64,000 bases of DNA. It comes from an uncultured Chloroflexia bacterium. GTDB lineage: Bacteria > Chloroflexota > Dehalococcoidia > DSTF01 > JALHUB01. Where the stretch lies: assembly GCA_963763495.1 (NCBI GenBank), contig CAVXOY010000015.1, positions 38,574 through 102,573 of the forward strand, given 5' to 3'. Of the stretch, positions 1-9,805 are shown one piece after another. The stretch's first letter is position 1. Every line of letters starts with the position of its first letter. The notes under the pieces are model-generated. The model ran no database searches. It had not been told where the DNA came from and saw nothing but the letters and a program-made list of their open reading frames with translations. The translations under genes were made by a program, and so were the position numbers.

Positions 1-125
1 ATGCGACGCCGCTACGAGCCGCCATCAACGAGGCGGTTGAACTGGCCAAAGTGTTCGGCAGCGACAACTCCGCCCGATTTGTCAACGGCGTTCTCGGCTC
101 CGTGAGCTTGATGGCGACGAGATGA
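1..125 (+). CDS. nusB: Transcription antitermination factor NusB, C-terminal part (truncated by window start)
   Basis: Frame 3 reads [34 protein letters not shown], the Nus[10 protein letters not shown]...FVNGVLG signature; TGA at 123-125. Confidence 0.9.
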   Translation, partial: ATPLRAAINEAVELAKVFGSDNSARFVNGVLGSVSLMATR

Positions 126-178
126 CCCACGCGAGTGGGACCATATTAGCTATAGATTCGGACAGAAAGGGGATTTAA

Positions 179-439
179 GTGGCAACAGTCTTCGAACGGG
201 TACAGAAGATCGTGGTTGAACAACTGGGTGTTGAAGAGGAACAGGTAGTGTCGAGCGCCTCCTTCGTAGACGACTTGAATGCCGACTCCCTGGACCTCGT
301 GGAACTCATCATGTCGATGGAGGAGGAGTTCAGCAAGGACGGCAAGGCCCTTGAGATCTCCGACGAAGACGCCGAGAAGATCGTTACTGTTCAGGATGCC
401 GTTGACTACCTGAAGGACCTTGGAATAGAGGACAAGTAA
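179..439 (+). CDS. acpP: Acyl carrier protein
   Basis: [14 protein letters not shown] phosphopantetheine motif; 86 aa, acidic. Confidence 0.95.
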   Translation: MATVFERVQKIVVEQLGVEEEQVVSSASFVDDLNADSLDLVELIMSMEEEFSKDGKALEISDEDAEKIVTVQDAVDYLKDLGIEDK

Positions 440-570
440 GCGAATCCTCGCCACTACGCGCCTGGAAGAACCCTCCCGATGGTGACCGCGGGTGGCATAT
501 TTCCCCCCAAAATAGCATAATTGGTAGAGAAGTGTGACCTTGCCGGTATAGGGTAAAGGTAATTATCGGT

Positions 571-1017
571 ATGGATTTTCTTGGGATTGGTCTGCCCGAA
601 CTGGCCGTCATACTGGCTCTCGCCCTAATAGTCGTGGGCCCCAAGCGTCTGCCGGAAGCAGCCGCGCAGATAGCGCGCGCCATCAAAGAGGTCCGCCGCT
701 ACAGCGCTGGCATGACCCGAGAACTCGGCGAGATGGTCAAGGATCTCGAGCAAGAGTACGAAGGTTTGAAGGGAGAACTGAAAGAGACGGGCGCAGAGAT
801 CAGTCGGCGCGCTGAGACGGTGACGGGAGAGCTTGCAGGTGCGGCAGAGGATGTCCACCAGAGGCTGCAAGAGGCCACGGGGCAGGAGAAGAAGGAGACC
901 GGCCAGCCGTCGTCCGAGCCTGTCGCCAGCGAGAGCACTCCCGTTCCTCCAGAACCACAGACTCGGGAGGAGAGCTATGTTGGTGCTCCGGGGCAATGCA
1001 GACTGTTATCTTCCTAA
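571..1017 (+). CDS. Twin-arginine translocase TatA/TatB family subunit
   Basis: N-terminal MDFLGIGLPELAVILALALIVVGPKRLPE, followed by an amphipathic helix and charged tail; lies upstream of tatC. Confidence 0.88.
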   Translation: MDFLGIGLPELAVILALALIVVGPKRLPEAAAQIARAIKEVRRYSAGMTRELGEMVKDLEQEYEGLKGELKETGAEISRRAETVTGELAGAAEDVHQRLQEATGQEKKETGQPSSEPVASESTPVPPEPQTREESYVGAPGQCRLLSS

Positions 1018-1047
1018 CTCACCTGCGCGGTCACGTTACCTCAACAG

Positions 1048-1828
1048 ATGAAGAGCGATCTCGACATAGCGCCTGTAACCTCTGGCGTAAGCTACTCACC
1101 GTGAGGAAGGCAAAGAACTCACGATTATCGAGCACCTCCAAGAGCTGCGCCGGCGTCTTGTCATCGCCGCCGGTGCGGTCATCATCGCTACCGTCGCATC
1201 CTTCGTACTGACCAACTGGCTCCTAGACTGGCTCACAGCACCCGCTCATGACTCGGTTGAGAACGTCAAGATCGTTTTCACCGATCCCGTGGGGTACTGG
1301 GGAGCCTACTTCCGGGTAGCGTTGCTGGCAGGGATCACCCTCTCCATGCCCGTACTGGTATACGAAGCGCTGGCGTTCGTGGGGCCCGGGCTTACCCGAG
1401 AGGAGAGGCGATGGGTCTACCCAGTAGCGGTGGGCGCATCGCTTGCGTTTGTGGGAGGCGCCGCCTTCGCCTACTACATCGAAATGCCCCCGGCACTTCG
1501 GTTCCTTCTTCATTCAGGGGGCGGCATCGAGCCTTTCATCAATATCACCAACTACATCGACTTCGTCACCCGCCTGATGCTTGTAACCGGGCTGGTCTTT
1601 GAGTTGCCGCTGCTGGTGATGGGATTAGCGAAGTTGCACATCGTGTCATCGCGAAAGCTGATCGGGTGGTGGCGCTATGCCATTGTTCTCGCTTTCGTCG
1701 CGGCTGCGGTCGTCACACCCTCCATCGACCCGATCACACAGGCTCTTGTAGCCGGCCCCATGATCGTCCTCTATTTCGCCGGGATCATACTTGCGCGAAT
1801 CGTCGAAGGATCGCGCAGAAACAGCTAA
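1048..1828 (+). CDS. tatC: Twin-arginine translocase TatC; apparent frameshift near 1100, start approximate
   Basis: Frame 2 from about 1103 reads ELTIIEHLQELRRRLVIA and continues into ORF 1289-1828 (FELPLL, TPSIDP). It has no in-frame start, so an indel near 1100 is inferred. Confidence 0.88.
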
Positions 1829-1848
1829 AAGGTCTTCTCCCTTTCTCA

Positions 1849-1877
1849 TTGACAGCGCTATTGCGCCGTGCTATCAT
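1849..1877 (+). promoter_or_regulatory. Sigma-70-type promoter
   Basis: TTGACA (1849-1854), 17 nt, TATCAT (1872-1877), with a TGn extended -10. Confidence 0.75.
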
Positions 1878-1881
1878 TCCC

Positions 1882-2040
1882 GCTGAAGTGGCGAGGTGGC
1901 AGTCTGAGGTCGCACGACTTGGCCGGAATCTGTAATGCAATAAGCTTGGGAGGCGACCTCGGGCTCGGCGGTTGGAGAAGTAAGCATCGGCCCTTTCTTG
2001 GTCGCTTGCTCCCAACACCGGGTCATGGACTTCCCTTCGC
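1882..2040 (+). ncRNA. Putative structured ncRNA, possibly 6S RNA
   Basis: Follows a near-consensus promoter. TTGGGAG/GCGACC (1946-1958) pairs with GGTCGC/CTCCCAA (2000-2015), the 5' and 3' ends pair, and an A/T-rich unpaired segment lies at 1927-1945. No covariance search was run. Confidence 0.4.
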
Positions 2041-2095
2041 TATTGTTCTATCTGGGCAGCAAGACGGTATTCGAGCTGGTCGGTGAGAAGATAGC

Positions 2096-2725
2096 TTGTC
2101 AGACAACTCAGACAACAAGGATGCCCTGGCGGAGTTGAACCAGCAGATAGCGGTCTGCCCGGACTGTGAGCTATCGGAGACCCGTACTCGTACTGTTCCC
2201 GGCGAAGGGAACCCGGACACCGACATACTTTTCATCGGTGAGGCTCCGGGCTACTACGAGGACCAGCAGGGACGGCCGTTCGTAGGCCCGGCCGGTCAGT
2301 TCCTCGAGCAACTGCTCGGCTCGATCGGCCTTCGTCGCATCGACGTCTATATCTGCAATGTCATCAAGTGCCGTCCGCCTCAGAACCAGGACCCGCTGCC
2401 TCATCAAATCAAGGCCTGCGACAAGTGGCTGCAAGAGCAGATGCGGATAATCGCGCCGAAGATGGTGGTAACCCTGGGACGTTATTCGCTCGCCAAGTTC
2501 ATGCCGGGCCAGTCGATCAGCCGTATCCATGGCCAGGCCCGCCGCATCGGCAGCCTGCTTGTGGTGCCCATGTACCATCCGGCGGCGGCGCTGCACCAAG
2601 GCGGGCTAAGGAAGACGATAGAGGAGGACTTCAGAAAGCTGCCGGCCTTCCTGAAAGAGGTGGTAAAGGAGAAGGAGCCCGATTCTACTGAGGAAATCCA
2701 ACAGATGCGTTTGTTCCAGTTGTAG
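2096..2725 (+). CDS. Uracil-DNA glycosylase, family 4 (Fe-S type)
   Basis: CxxC, GEG, FIGEAPG, PFVGPAG, NVIKCRPP and YHPAA motifs. Confidence 0.93.
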   Translation: MSDNSDNKDALAELNQQIAVCPDCELSETRTRTVPGEGNPDTDILFIGEAPGYYEDQQGRPFVGPAGQFLEQLLGSIGLRRIDVYICNVIKCRPPQNQDPLPHQIKACDKWLQEQMRIIAPKMVVTLGRYSLAKFMPGQSISRIHGQARRIGSLLVVPMYHPAAALHQGGLRKTIEEDFRKLPAFLKEVVKEKEPDSTEEIQQMRLFQL

Positions 2726-2788
2726 TTCGCGCCACTTTGAGGATGGCGCAACCGGTAGCGATGGCGTCGACTCGGAAGGATAAGGATT

Positions 2789-5242
2789 GTGGCTAAGGCG
2801 GGTACAAAGTCCAATCCCGGTCGCCTAGATGCGTTGGCGGGCGCGGCTCGAAAGGCCGGCCGGTCGACAGGGCGCCTGCGATCGGCGGGGCGGCGTCGCC
2901 ACCGCGCCTCCTTTCCCCGGACGGTTACAGGGCTTGTCTTCCGACGAGAGGCGATAGGCGTTGCTCTCGTTGTTGCTGCCGTCGTGGCTGTCCCCTGGCT
3001 AGTGCCGATCACCACCGGTTTGTCGGACATCCGTGACGGTGTAGTGCAGGCGCTCGGCCTCCATGTTTTCCTGCTCATTGCGCTAATTGCCCTCGTGGGA
3101 TGGCTAGTACTCCGGCGCAGCCTCGTGACCTCTTTCCAGTACTACTGGCGTGTCTGGTTGGCGTGCCTCCTACTCGCGGCTTTTGTCGGTGGCCTTCTCG
3201 GCTTGTTCCGTCCCGACTGGCGCCTCGGTGGGACGAAGCTCGCAGAGGTAACCGCGGGAGGCGATTGGGGACACGCGCTCGTGGGGAGCCCCATCGGCAT
3301 TCTTCTCTGGCTTGCTCTGGTGGTAGCGATCGCCTCCGTGATCTGGCCGCGCGAGGCGCTTGAGGCGGTCCGGCACAGTCCTCGACTGGCCGCCACTATC
3401 TGGCGCTGGCATCTACCGCAGCGGACCTGGCGGCTGGGACATGCCATCTTCGATACGCTTTTCCCGACGAAGGCGGAGCCGGAGCCACCGGCGCCCCTAT
3501 CTGTAGAGACTCTCATGTGGGCGCGTACGGCCAGCACCGCCACGGCAGAGGCGCCCGCGCCGCCGGCTGCCGGTATTGCTACCGGAGAGAGCGGGGAAGA
3601 GAAGGCCGCGACTGAGGAGCCCTGGCAACCCACACTACCACTGGAAATGGCGCCGGTCGCGGTGGAGGAAAAGCCATCCGAGAAGAAATCCAGCCCAGCC
3701 TGGGGCCCTTCAACCGAGGGCTGGCAGACGCCGAGTGTGGACATTCTGGCTGCAATGGGGCCGGAGACGAACGAGCGTCCAGATAACACTGCTCGGGCTC
3801 GCCTAATCGTCGATACGCTGGCCAGCTTTGGCGTCGACGCGGAGGTCGTGCAGATAAACGAAGGCCCCACCGTGACCCAATTCGGCGTCGAGCCGGGATG
3901 GGAGATCAAGACGCGTACAACCCAGGAGCGCGACGGCAGCGGGCGTCCCGTTTTCGACCGAAACGGCCATCCCAAGATGAAGACGGAGGAGGTCTCGCGC
4001 ACGCGTGTGCGGGTGAATCAGATCACCTCGCTCGCCAACGACCTCGCTCTAGCTTTGGCCACGCCGTCACTGCGCATCGAGGCGCCGGTGCCGGGCCAGC
4101 CGGTCGTCGGACTCGAAGTGCCCAACGTGACCACGTCGCTCGTGACGCTGCGCAGCGTTATTGAGAGTTCCGCTTTCCAGCGAGTAGGCGCACGCTCGAA
4201 GCTGGCGCTTGCTCTGGGAAAGAGCGTGTCGGGAGAGCCGGTGGTGGCAGACCTCGCCAAGATGCCCCACCTCCTGATCGCCGGCGCTACCGGCAGCGGC
4301 AAGAGCGTCTGCATAAACTCGATCATCAGTTGCCTGCTGATGCACGCCACGCCCGACCAGGTGCGCTTCGTGATGATCGACCCCAAGCGCGTGGAGTTGG
4401 CCGCTTTCGCGCCTGTCCCCCATCTGGCGTTCTCGTCCATCGTCATCGACGTGGACAAGGTTGTCGGGACGCTGCAGGCAGTGATTCATGAGATGGAGAG
4501 CCGTTACCGTCGCTTCGCATCGCTGGCGGTGCGCAACATCGAGGCGTACAACCGCCATCCCAAGACGGTCAACAAGCTGCCTTACTGGGTGGTGATCATC
4601 GACGAGCTGGCCGACCTGATGATGGCCGCCCCCTACGAGGTGGAACGCCAGGTCTGCCGTCTAGCGCAGTTGGCACGGGCGACGGGGATCCACCTTATCA
4701 TCGCTACGCAGCGGCCATCAGTGGACGTGGTCACGGGGCTCATCAAGGCCAACTTCCCGACGCGCATCGCCTTCGCCGTCACGTCGCAGGTGGACTCGCG
4801 CACGATCCTGGACGGCGGTGGCGCCGAGAAGCTGCTCGGACGGGGCGATATGCTCTACCAGCCGACCGACGCCGCCAAGCCGAAGCGGTTGCAGGGGGTG
4901 TACGTCTCGGATCAGGAGATAGAGAAGCTGGTCGGCTTCTGGACACAGGAGAACTTCCGGAACCTCCAGCGCGACGTGTATGACCACCTGGTGGACGAGG
5001 CGCGCTCCAAGATCGGTGAAGAGGAGGGGGAGGACCCGCTGTTCGAGAGGGCGAAGGAGCTGGCCCAGGAGCACAGCCGCGTCTCGACGTCGCTGCTGCA
5101 GCGGCGGCTGCGCATCGGCTACCCACGGGCGGCGCGGCTGATGGACGAACTCGAGAGCAAGGGCGTCGTGGGGGAGTCGGAGGGTGGCAGCTCGCGAAAG
5201 GTGCTGCTACAGGAGGAGGATGAGGAGGGGGAGGGGTTCTAG
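2789..5242 (+). CDS. ftsK: DNA translocase FtsK/SpoIIIE
   Basis: N-terminal TM segments, MPHLLIAGATGSGKS Walker A, IIDELADLM, QRPSVDV, and a C-terminal gamma domain (LQRRLRIGYPRAARL). Confidence 0.95.
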   Translation: MAKAGTKSNPGRLDALAGAARKAGRSTGRLRSAGRRRHRASFPRTVTGLVFRREAIGVALVVAAVVAVPWLVPITTGLSDIRDGVVQALGLHVFLLIALIALVGWLVLRRSLVTSFQYYWRVWLACLLLAAFVGGLLGLFRPDWRLGGTKLAEVTAGGDWGHALVGSPIGILLWLALVVAIASVIWPREALEAVRHSPRLAATIWRWHLPQRTWRLGHAIFDTLFPTKAEPEPPAPLSVETLMWARTASTATAEAPAPPAAGIATGESGEEKAATEEPWQPTLPLEMAPVAVEEKPSEKKSSPAWGPSTEGWQTPSVDILAAMGPETNERPDNTARARLIVDTLASFGVDAEVVQINEGPTVTQFGVEPGWEIKTRTTQERDGSGRPVFDRNGHPKMKTEEVSRTRVRVNQITSLANDLALALATPSLRIEAPVPGQPVVGLEVPNVTTSLVTLRSVIESSAFQRVGARSKLALALGKSVSGEPVVADLAKMPHLLIAGATGSGKSVCINSIISCLLMHATPDQVRFVMIDPKRVELAAFAPVPHLAFSSIVIDVDKVVGTLQAVIHEMESRYRRFASLAVRNIEAYNRHPKTVNKLPYWVVIIDELADLMMAAPYEVERQVCRLAQLARATGIHLIIATQRPSVDVVTGLIKANFPTRIAFAVTSQVDSRTILDGGGAEKLLGRGDMLYQPTDAAKPKRLQGVYVSDQEIEKLVGFWTQENFRNLQRDVYDHLVDEARSKIGEEEGEDPLFERAKELAQEHSRVSTSLLQRRLRIGYPRAARLMDELESKGVVGESEGGSSRKVLLQEEDEEGEGF

Positions 5243-5610
5243 CGGCCTGGTTGTCTTCCCTGCATTCTTCGCTGCTCCCTGAATAGATGTCTCCCGGACT
5301 GGCATCTCCAGCCGGACGGCTGATCATACTTCCATTAGTTGCTAGTTTTGTAAGATACTGGCGCAGGCGTCTCACTTGACAGGGCGCACTCGGGCATCGT
5401 AGGCTTACGCCAAGCGTGTGTCCGGTGGGGCAGGGAAGCAGGTTGCGGGCGGTCCGCATGCTGCGGGACACGGAAGATGGTGAAGCTGACGCTTACTGCG
5501 GCGGCAGTGTGGCCCGCCGACGCGGGCTTGACTTAGTGAGTATAATAGGCGCATAGATATCGGCCCGACTGTCCCCGCCGATCTTTTATCCCCGCTATTG
5601 GGCCCAGGAG

Positions 5611-7412
5611 ATGGGCCAGGGAAGAACTATGCGAACTGACCGTCGATGGGGTGCTCCTGCCTGCGGGCCGCGGTCACTGATCGCGTTTCTTGTCGGAGGG
5701 CTGGTCCTTTTCCTCTCGTTCGCCGACGAACCCCACAGAACGCTTGCCGATCCCGGCGCGCCCACCATCAATACGACGGCAGATGCCGTGCAAACCTTCT
5801 ATCAGAACGGCGTGCCCCATACCGATGCGTCGGGTAACGTGCGCACCGGTTATGACCCGGCTCAGTCGTTCCTCCCCAATGGGCTGTACAATCTCACCCC
5901 CTGCGTGGTGTCGCAGGAGCTCAGTTGGCCGGCGTTCAGCGGGGATGAGCCGGAAGGATGGGACGGGCGATACCGCTTGACGGTCAACTTAGGCTCTCAA
6001 CTCGATCTCTCAAACACAGGTGGCATAGTCTTTGATGAAGTCGTGAGCGGCACAGCAGAGACCGTTGACCTGCTGCCGGCTGCCACGAGCCTGTACTACG
6101 CCGTCGAGTTGGCGGAGACAGATGTGCGGGTAGCGGAGGGGGCTTTCACATCGGCGGACTGCCCTGATCCAGAGTACGCGGTGCCGGTCGCGACGGCAGC
6201 CGATGCAGGCTTCAACTTCGCTATCACGCGGACGGCGGCCGACACGCTGGTGCTGGCCGATCAGGCGGCCGGCTCGGACTTCAAGCTGGTCCCGTCGCTC
6301 GAGTCGAGCTGGATATCTATTCGACACTCTAAAGGATGACCCGGTGGTGTTCGGCTGGTATCTTGCCGATGAACCGCTGCTTTGGGCCCGCCTGACCGGC
6401 GCCGACCCGCAGGCCGTCTACGACAACATTAGCCTGGTCTGCTATGTTCTCTGCCCTCAGACAAGCCAGGTCTTCTTTCACACCGAGAGCGCCAGCAGCT
6501 ACGGCGACCCATTCTGGCCGCAGTTCATCAAGCTGGGCGATGCCGGTGTTCACTACAACTATCCAAAGTCCGGTCCCAACCCGCTGGTCGACGCTGAAGG
6601 ATATGGCCCACATCCTCCGCAACCAGGCTACGATCCTTGCCGGGACTGAAGCCGTCATGGTTCGTGGTGCAGAGCTTTGGGGCGGAGACAGCGAACACAT
6701 GGGAGTTTCCTCACGCCTCAGGAGATGAGGGCGATGATCTACACGGCCGTCATCCACGGCGCGACGGGGATCATCCACTTTGCCTGGGACAGCTACGTGA
6801 TGAGAGGAGTGCGGTTGATGGGTGTCGGTCCGAACCCGCCGGCGGCACCGTCGGGGGATAGAGCTGCGAAGAGCGCTGCCTTGTGGGAAGCGCTGGCGGC
6901 ACCGAGCGGCGGGATCAATCACGAGTTGCAGGTGCTGGAACCGATTATTCTCTCTCCCACGTCCCGAGAGCCCTACAATGTCTTCGTGAATCGGCAGTTG
7001 TTTTCAAAGGCACCCATACGGACGATGCTGAAGGAGTACGACGGTTCCTACTATCTGCTCGCGGTCAACATCGACAACGCCTCCGTCAGCGCGATGTTCA
7101 CGTTCAGCCTCCTCGTGAAGGACGTTGAGGCACTATTCGAGGAGTCGCCCACCTTCGCTAGCTCCGGTCCGTCGATCACCGACAGCTTCGAGCCGTTCGA
7201 TGTCCACGTCTACAAGCTGCGCATTACCTGCCCCGACGTCAATGGAGACAAGTTACATCACAGTCCTTGACATAAAGCAGATGGCGAATGTGCTTTGGAG
7301 CAAAGAAGGGGACAGCAAATACGAGCCTCGCTTCGATGTCAACGACGACGGCTCGATCAACATCCTCGATCTGTTCATCACCTGGCGCGCCTACGGTCGG
7401 GAGTGCTCCTGA
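5611..7412 (+). CDS. Secreted putative glycoside-hydrolase-like protein with C-terminal dockerin-like repeat; about three frameshifts
   Basis: Consecutive ORF pieces 5611-6339, 6203-6649, 6677-7270 and 7125-7412 join up. N-terminal hydrophobic segment, WYLADEP, FAWDSY, and two DVNxDxxI EF-hand-like repeats (CPDVNGD, FDVNDDGSINILD). Confidence 0.55.
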
Positions 7413-7484
7413 TCGAGAGCGCGCTGGCTTGCCCCGCATCAGCCGCACTGGACTAATCCTCCTTGATGGCCTAATCTGCTCTGT

Positions 7485-9029
7485 ATGAACGGGCACGGGA
7501 TCGACTGGCCGGACCTTCTTGCCGGAGCAAAGCTGATCGGTGCGCCGCCGGCTGAAGTTAGCAGCGTCTGCTACGACTCGCGGGCGGTTACGCCGGGCTC
7601 CGTCTTTGTGGCCATCCCCGGCGCTATGCCGCCGCTGAGCCGCGACGGGCATGATTTCATCCCCCAGGCGCTCGACAAGGGCGCCTCTGTCGTTGTCGTG
7701 CAGGCCGATCACCGGGAGAAGTGGGAGGCAGCAGCAAAGAATGGTCGGGCGGCATTTGTCATCGTCGAGGATACGGCGCAGGCGCTGGCGCTCATCGCGG
7801 CGGCGTTCTACGGCTTTCCGGCGCGGCGACTGAAGACAGTCGGCGTGACCGGCACCGACGGCAAGACAACGACCGTGCACCTCATCGACGCTGTGCTGGA
7901 GGCAGGCGGTCTCTCGACGGGGTTCCTGAGCAGCGTCGAGTTCAAGACGAGCGGCGAACCGCAGCTTAACGCTACCCATATGACGACACTGCAGTCCCCG
8001 GAGATACAGGCGCTACTGGCGGAAATGGTGGCTGCAGGCCGACAATGCGCGGTCGTTGAGGCGTCTTCGCACGGGCTGGCGCTGCACCGGGTCGACGAAT
8101 GCGAGTTCGACATTGCCGTCTTCACGACTCTGAGCCGCGACCACCTCGATTTTCACGGTACGCTGGAGGATTATCTGGCGGCGAAGGGTCGCCTCTTCTC
8201 GATGCTGGACGAGAGCGTGGACAAAGGAGTCGCCAAGACAGCGGTCCTCAACGCCGACGATCCTGCTTCTGAGTATCTGCGCTCCCGCACGCAATCGAGG
8301 GCGATCACATATGGCATCGAGGGGCGCGCGGACGTACGAGCGGAAGAGATACGATTCGACGGCCTACAATCATCCTTCACCATCGCCGGCCCCTTCGGTC
8401 GGATAGCAGCGCGGGTGCCCCTCAGCGGCCGTCACGGTGTCTATGACGCCCTGGCGGCGGTATCGGTAGGGATCTCCCTTGGCATAGCCCCAGAGGCGAT
8501 TGTGGAGGGACTGAGCGGCTTTCGAGGAGTGCCCGGCCGCATGGAAGTGATCGACTGCGGGCAGCCGTTTAGGGTCATCGTTGACATCGCATCCACGCCT
8601 GAGGCGCTGCGAAGGGCGCTGGAAGTGTTGCGGCCACTGACAGCGGGCCGCCTGTGGGTCGTGTTCGGCTGTGCGGGGGAGCGCGACACCTCCCGTCGCG
8701 ACGGGATGGGCAAAGCGGCGGGAGAGCTGGCGGATTTCACTGTGTTGACGAATGAGGACCCGCGGACGGAAGCCCCGGAAGCGATCATCGACGGCATAGT
8801 CGGGGGGCTGACAGAGGCAGGACGGCGGGAAGGAGAGGACTTCGTCCGTGTTCTCGACCGGCGGGAGGCGATCCGCTACGCTTTCGAGCGGGCGAAGGAG
8901 GGCGATACGGTGCTGCTGGCGGGCAAGGCTACTGAGCAGTCGATTGTCGTAGGACGGGAGCACATCCCCTGGGACGAGCGAAAGGTGGCGCGGGAGTTGC
9001 TGAGAGAGATACACCCGGAGGCGGTATGA
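7485..9029 (+). CDS. murE: MurE-family UDP-N-acetylmuramoyl-dipeptide amino acid ligase
   Basis: CYDSR, VGVTGTDGKTTT, EASSHGL, FTTLSRDHLDFHGT, VPGRME, VFGCAGERD and LLAGK motifs. Confidence 0.88.
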   Translation: MNGHGIDWPDLLAGAKLIGAPPAEVSSVCYDSRAVTPGSVFVAIPGAMPPLSRDGHDFIPQALDKGASVVVVQADHREKWEAAAKNGRAAFVIVEDTAQALALIAAAFYGFPARRLKTVGVTGTDGKTTTVHLIDAVLEAGGLSTGFLSSVEFKTSGEPQLNATHMTTLQSPEIQALLAEMVAAGRQCAVVEASSHGLALHRVDECEFDIAVFTTLSRDHLDFHGTLEDYLAAKGRLFSMLDESVDKGVAKTAVLNADDPASEYLRSRTQSRAITYGIEGRADVRAEEIRFDGLQSSFTIAGPFGRIAARVPLSGRHGVYDALAAVSVGISLGIAPEAIVEGLSGFRGVPGRMEVIDCGQPFRVIVDIASTPEALRRALEVLRPLTAGRLWVVFGCAGERDTSRRDGMGKAAGELADFTVLTNEDPRTEAPEAIIDGIVGGLTEAGRREGEDFVRVLDRREAIRYAFERAKEGDTVLLAGKATEQSIVVGREHIPWDERKVARELLREIHPEAV

Positions 9030-9805
9030 GCGCTGATTTCTCCTTGAACGCTCTACAACCCTGGCTGGACACGGAGTTCGTTGGAAGGTGCGCCATCTAT
9101 CAGGCATCCGTCTCCTCGACGATGGACGCTGCGCGTGAGGAGGCAGAGGGAGGCGCGCCGGACGGGATGATAGTGGTGGCCGATGAGCAAACGAGCGGCA
9201 AAGGGCGGAGAGGCCGCCGCTGGGTGTCGCCGCCTGGGGGTAACATCTACGTCACAATCATACTGCGGCCGGGCCTGTGGGACGTCCGCCATCTCGGCAT
9301 AGTGACGCCTCTGGCTGCCTGTGAGGCGATCGATGCGGTGGCAGAGATAAGCAGCGGCATCAAGTGGCCGAATGACATACTCATCGAGGGGCGCAAGGTC
9401 GGCGGCATACTCATCGATACCCAGTTCAGCGGCGACAAGGTTGACTTCGCGCTGGTGGGAGTGGGCATTAACGTGAACCTCGACCCGTCGCAGCACGAAG
9501 AGATCCGGCACCTGGCTACAAGCTTGGCGCTGGAGTTGGGGCGGGAGCTATCCCGAGAGGAGTTGCTCGCGGCTTTTCTGAATCGTTTTGAGAGGCTGTA
9601 CCGGGCGGCTCGCAGCGATGAGAGCGTATTTGAGGCATGGCGGGCTCGCCTGGAGACGTTGGGCCGGCAGGTCGAGGTGCAACTCGGCGACCACGCTGAG
9701 GAAGGGATAGCCGAGGATGTGGATGCCGAGGGTAACCTCCTACTGCGACGAGCGGATGGCAGTCTCGTCGTCTTGACAGCGGGCGACGTTGTTCTGCGAG
9801 CCTAA
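9026..9805 (+). CDS. birA: Biotin--[acetyl-CoA carboxylase] ligase (no HTH domain)
   Basis: QTSGKGRRGRRW, IKWPND, KVGGILI and GVGINV motifs; overlaps the murE stop. Confidence 0.93.
   Translation: MSADFSLNALQPWLDTEFVGRCAIYQASVSSTMDAAREEAEGGAPDGMIVVADEQTSGKGRRGRRWVSPPGGNIYVTIILRPGLWDVRHLGIVTPLAACEAIDAVAEISSGIKWPNDILIEGRKVGGILIDTQFSGDKVDFALVGVGINVNLDPSQHEEIRHLATSLALELGRELSREELLAAFLNRFERLYRAARSDESVFEAWRARLETLGRQVEVQLGDHAEEGIAEDVDAEGNLLLRRADGSLVVLTAGDVVLRA

Noticed and set aside
563-591. Minus-strand ACCGATAA sigma-28-like -10
   Set aside because: No -35 element and it points antisense to acpP; it shows that lone CGATAA hits arise by chance
1882-1960. tRNA-Leu-like 5' end (GCTGAAGTGGCG)
   Set aside because: No T-loop (GTTCGA), anticodon arm or matching acceptor stem follows
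5428-5442. SRP-RNA-like CAGG...AGCAG
   Set aside because: The GNRA stem-loop required between the two motifs is missing
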